Notes under the pieces: generated by a model
What the model was told of the DNA's origin: nothing
What the model saw: only the letters and a program-made list of their open reading frames with translations
The model's database searches: none
Shown: positions 62,001 to 64,000 of the stretch, one piece after another
Numbering within the stretch: the stretch's first letter is position 1
Layout: each line of letters begins with the position of its first letter
Made by a program: the position numbers and the translations under genes
Assembly: GCA_964187785.1 (NCBI GenBank)
Contig: OZ076409.1
Coordinates: 5,768,001-5,832,000 of the forward strand
DNA length: 64,000 bases
DNA from: Amphiscolops sp. MND2022
Lineage: Eukaryota
Direction of reading: 5' to 3'

Positions 62001-62902
62001 TATTGGATAAAAAATCCATCACATATCTCGATTTCTGAGAACACTTGAAATGAATACTATTGTTATTCGGCCCTATTCTCAGTTTAGCTTCCCAAATTCA
62101 TCAATGATGAAAGTCTGCTTCATCCGTCATCACATCACAAAGTACGACCAGAGAACATGCTTTCCACTGAGTCCCTCTTCTCACCAGAATGTCAGGATTT
62201 TATCACTCCTTTCCGAGTTATTTTCGTGTCCGAGCGAACGCCGAATAACTTCTACTCATTTTGTAAAATTGCTTCATTTTCTCGTGTAAATCGTGTATTT
62301 TGAGTAAATCGTGTAAATTGGTACTTCGTGTAACGGTACAAGAAAATTCGTGTATTCTGGTACGGTACATGTACCGACGTCAATTCACTGCAGACCACCA
62401 TAGAGACACACGCAAAATGAGATCAAGGTGGTAACATTTAAAACGAAGGTGGGACAATGCGTCTTATTCAGCCACCAAGGGCCGCGGGAAATAAGACACA
62501 AGGTTCAAATTCCGTTCTGTCGACATCGTCGTGTTGAAATTTTGGTCCAGTGAAATAACTGATGTCGACATAATACTATCCATTACATTGACGGTCATTT
62601 AGAAGTTGCTCATTAGATTTTATCATGGAGAAAATTTCGTTGAAATAGGGGTCGATTTATACAATTTGTGCTTGTTCCAAGCGTGAATATCTGCTATTTT
62701 AGACAATAGTATCGAAAAATTAGGGTCATTTTTTGGTAGAAGTGTCAAAACAGTTGTAGAGACAATCCTCTAAGTATTTACATTCATATAATATTCTCTT
62801 ATTGAAATATTTTTATTAACGAACAAAATGTGTTTTCTTGTTGGGGCGAATTCGAAACAAGGTGTACCTGGGGGATAAGACACATGATCCCAAAGGTGTG
62901 TT

Positions 62903-63003
62903 CCCACGAGTCCGAAAATTGATTTTAACTCCCATGAGTCCGAAAATAATTTTAATTCCCACGAGTCCGAAAATTAGTTTTAATTCGCATGAGTCCGAAA
63001 ATT
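62903..63003. repeat. ~29-bp tandem repeat, about 4 copies
   Basis: ca(c/t)gagtccgaaaat..ttttaa repeated. Confidence 0.85.
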
Positions 63004-63427
63004 AATCTTGCAAGAAAAAAAAATCATATAATTATTGGAATGCAATGTCTCATTTGTGCAAAAGTATTTACTTATTATCGACTTTCATTTCATTTTGTGT
63101 TATTTTACTAGTTATTTCAACTAGACTTAATTGAGACTAATAAATTACACAAAAAATGAACACGGCTTAGCCGAGATGAAAATGAAAAGGAACCATAATT
63201 AGGATAACGGAACACAAATAGTATATAGGAATCATAAGGATAACTATTTTGGACGGCTATACCGGCTGAAGAAACTCTTCTTTCCAGTTTCTATATTATT
63301 CCTGCTATCGCAGAAATGATCAGATCGCAGAAAAGATCAAATCATTGAATGAAATTGAAAATTACAAACTTCACAACAGAACTTCTTGAAGAGGTTACAA
63401 GAACGCTATTCGCAGATAACAACTAAC

Positions 63428-63470
63428 TTGGTTTGTTTTCGTCATTGGAGGGCCCTGATTCTGATTGTGC
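63428..63470 (-). CDS. Candidate upstream TPX2 micro-exon (AQSESGPSNDENKP)
   Basis: ttttttcag / gttagt; 43 nt ending in phase 1, compatible with exon 46259-46430; no protein motif support. Confidence 0.45.
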
Positions 63471-64000
63471 CTGAAAAAAACTACCTTAAGTGAGGTGAAC
63501 AATCCATCCAAAAATCTGGTGCTTCAACTTTGAACCGCAATATCTCCTGAACTGATCAAGTCCGACAAGCGATGTATAGCGCGTTCGAAAGAAGACAATC
63601 AGGGCTTTCAAATTAATTTTTGAACTGCACTGGCTCCGGACAAAACTTTGCACGCCTCGTGTCTCTGACTGCATTTCAGCGTGTTTCAAAACATGCTATG
63701 GCCACTTTGACCAAATCTTGATACCAGGGATAAATTGGCCACAAACGAAAACTTGAAAAACGGAAAAACTGCGCTATTTTTTGATTTGTTGGTCCCGTTT
63801 TCTCACTTTCGGAGACATCAAGTGAATATTCGGTGAAAAGGCGAGCGATACTATGTAAAATTGTCTGAAAATCTTATTCACGAGTTTTCATTACCATACG
63901 GTCAACTGGTGCCTTTAGAATATTGCAGAAAGTAACTGGTACAAAATAGTACCGTCGTCCATTTAGGGTTAACTTTACACCCTGATCTCAATTACTTTAC

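Larger units (their letters stand above)
46444..62390. mobile_element. 15.9-kb segment bounded by hAT-type termini (MITE with nested cargo, or composite element)
   Basis: 11-bp TIR CAGTGAATTGA, 8-bp TSD CAGACCAC (46436-46443, 62391-62398), clustered TCGTGTA subterminal repeats at both ends. Confidence 0.85.

Overview
Transposon-dense animal (invertebrate-like) genomic DNA; the species cannot be determined from the window. One host gene is present: TPX2 on the minus strand, with five phase-compatible exons between 22320 and 46430 and a probable upstream micro-exon at 63428-63470. Its introns are expanded to about 17 kb by nested insertions. Left to right: (1) the 5' part of a Ty3/Gypsy element with one long gag-pol ORF (4552 to <1); (2) a near-identical 3.2-kb tandem triplication ending in a 12-bp minisatellite; (3) an internally deleted BEL/Pao element; (4) a young, full-length 15.9-kb Ty3/Gypsy element (23085-38951, GACCC target duplication). 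This fourth element is the most unusual object. Its gag starts inside the LTR, a third ORF with a SIM-like motif runs across the PPT into the 3' LTR, and it carries an intact five-exon ANTISENSE gene for a ~1190-aa BED-finger protein that appears derived from a hAT transposase and lacks the catalytic residues. (5) A 15.9-kb segment bounded by hAT-type TIRs and an 8-bp TSD (46444-62390) contains a decayed Helitron-like element (SGNH + Rep + Pif1 helicase + GIY-YIG), interrupted by two different R2 3' ends, one still joined to 47 nt of its 28S rDNA target. All protein family calls come from motif recognition by eye, not from database searches.
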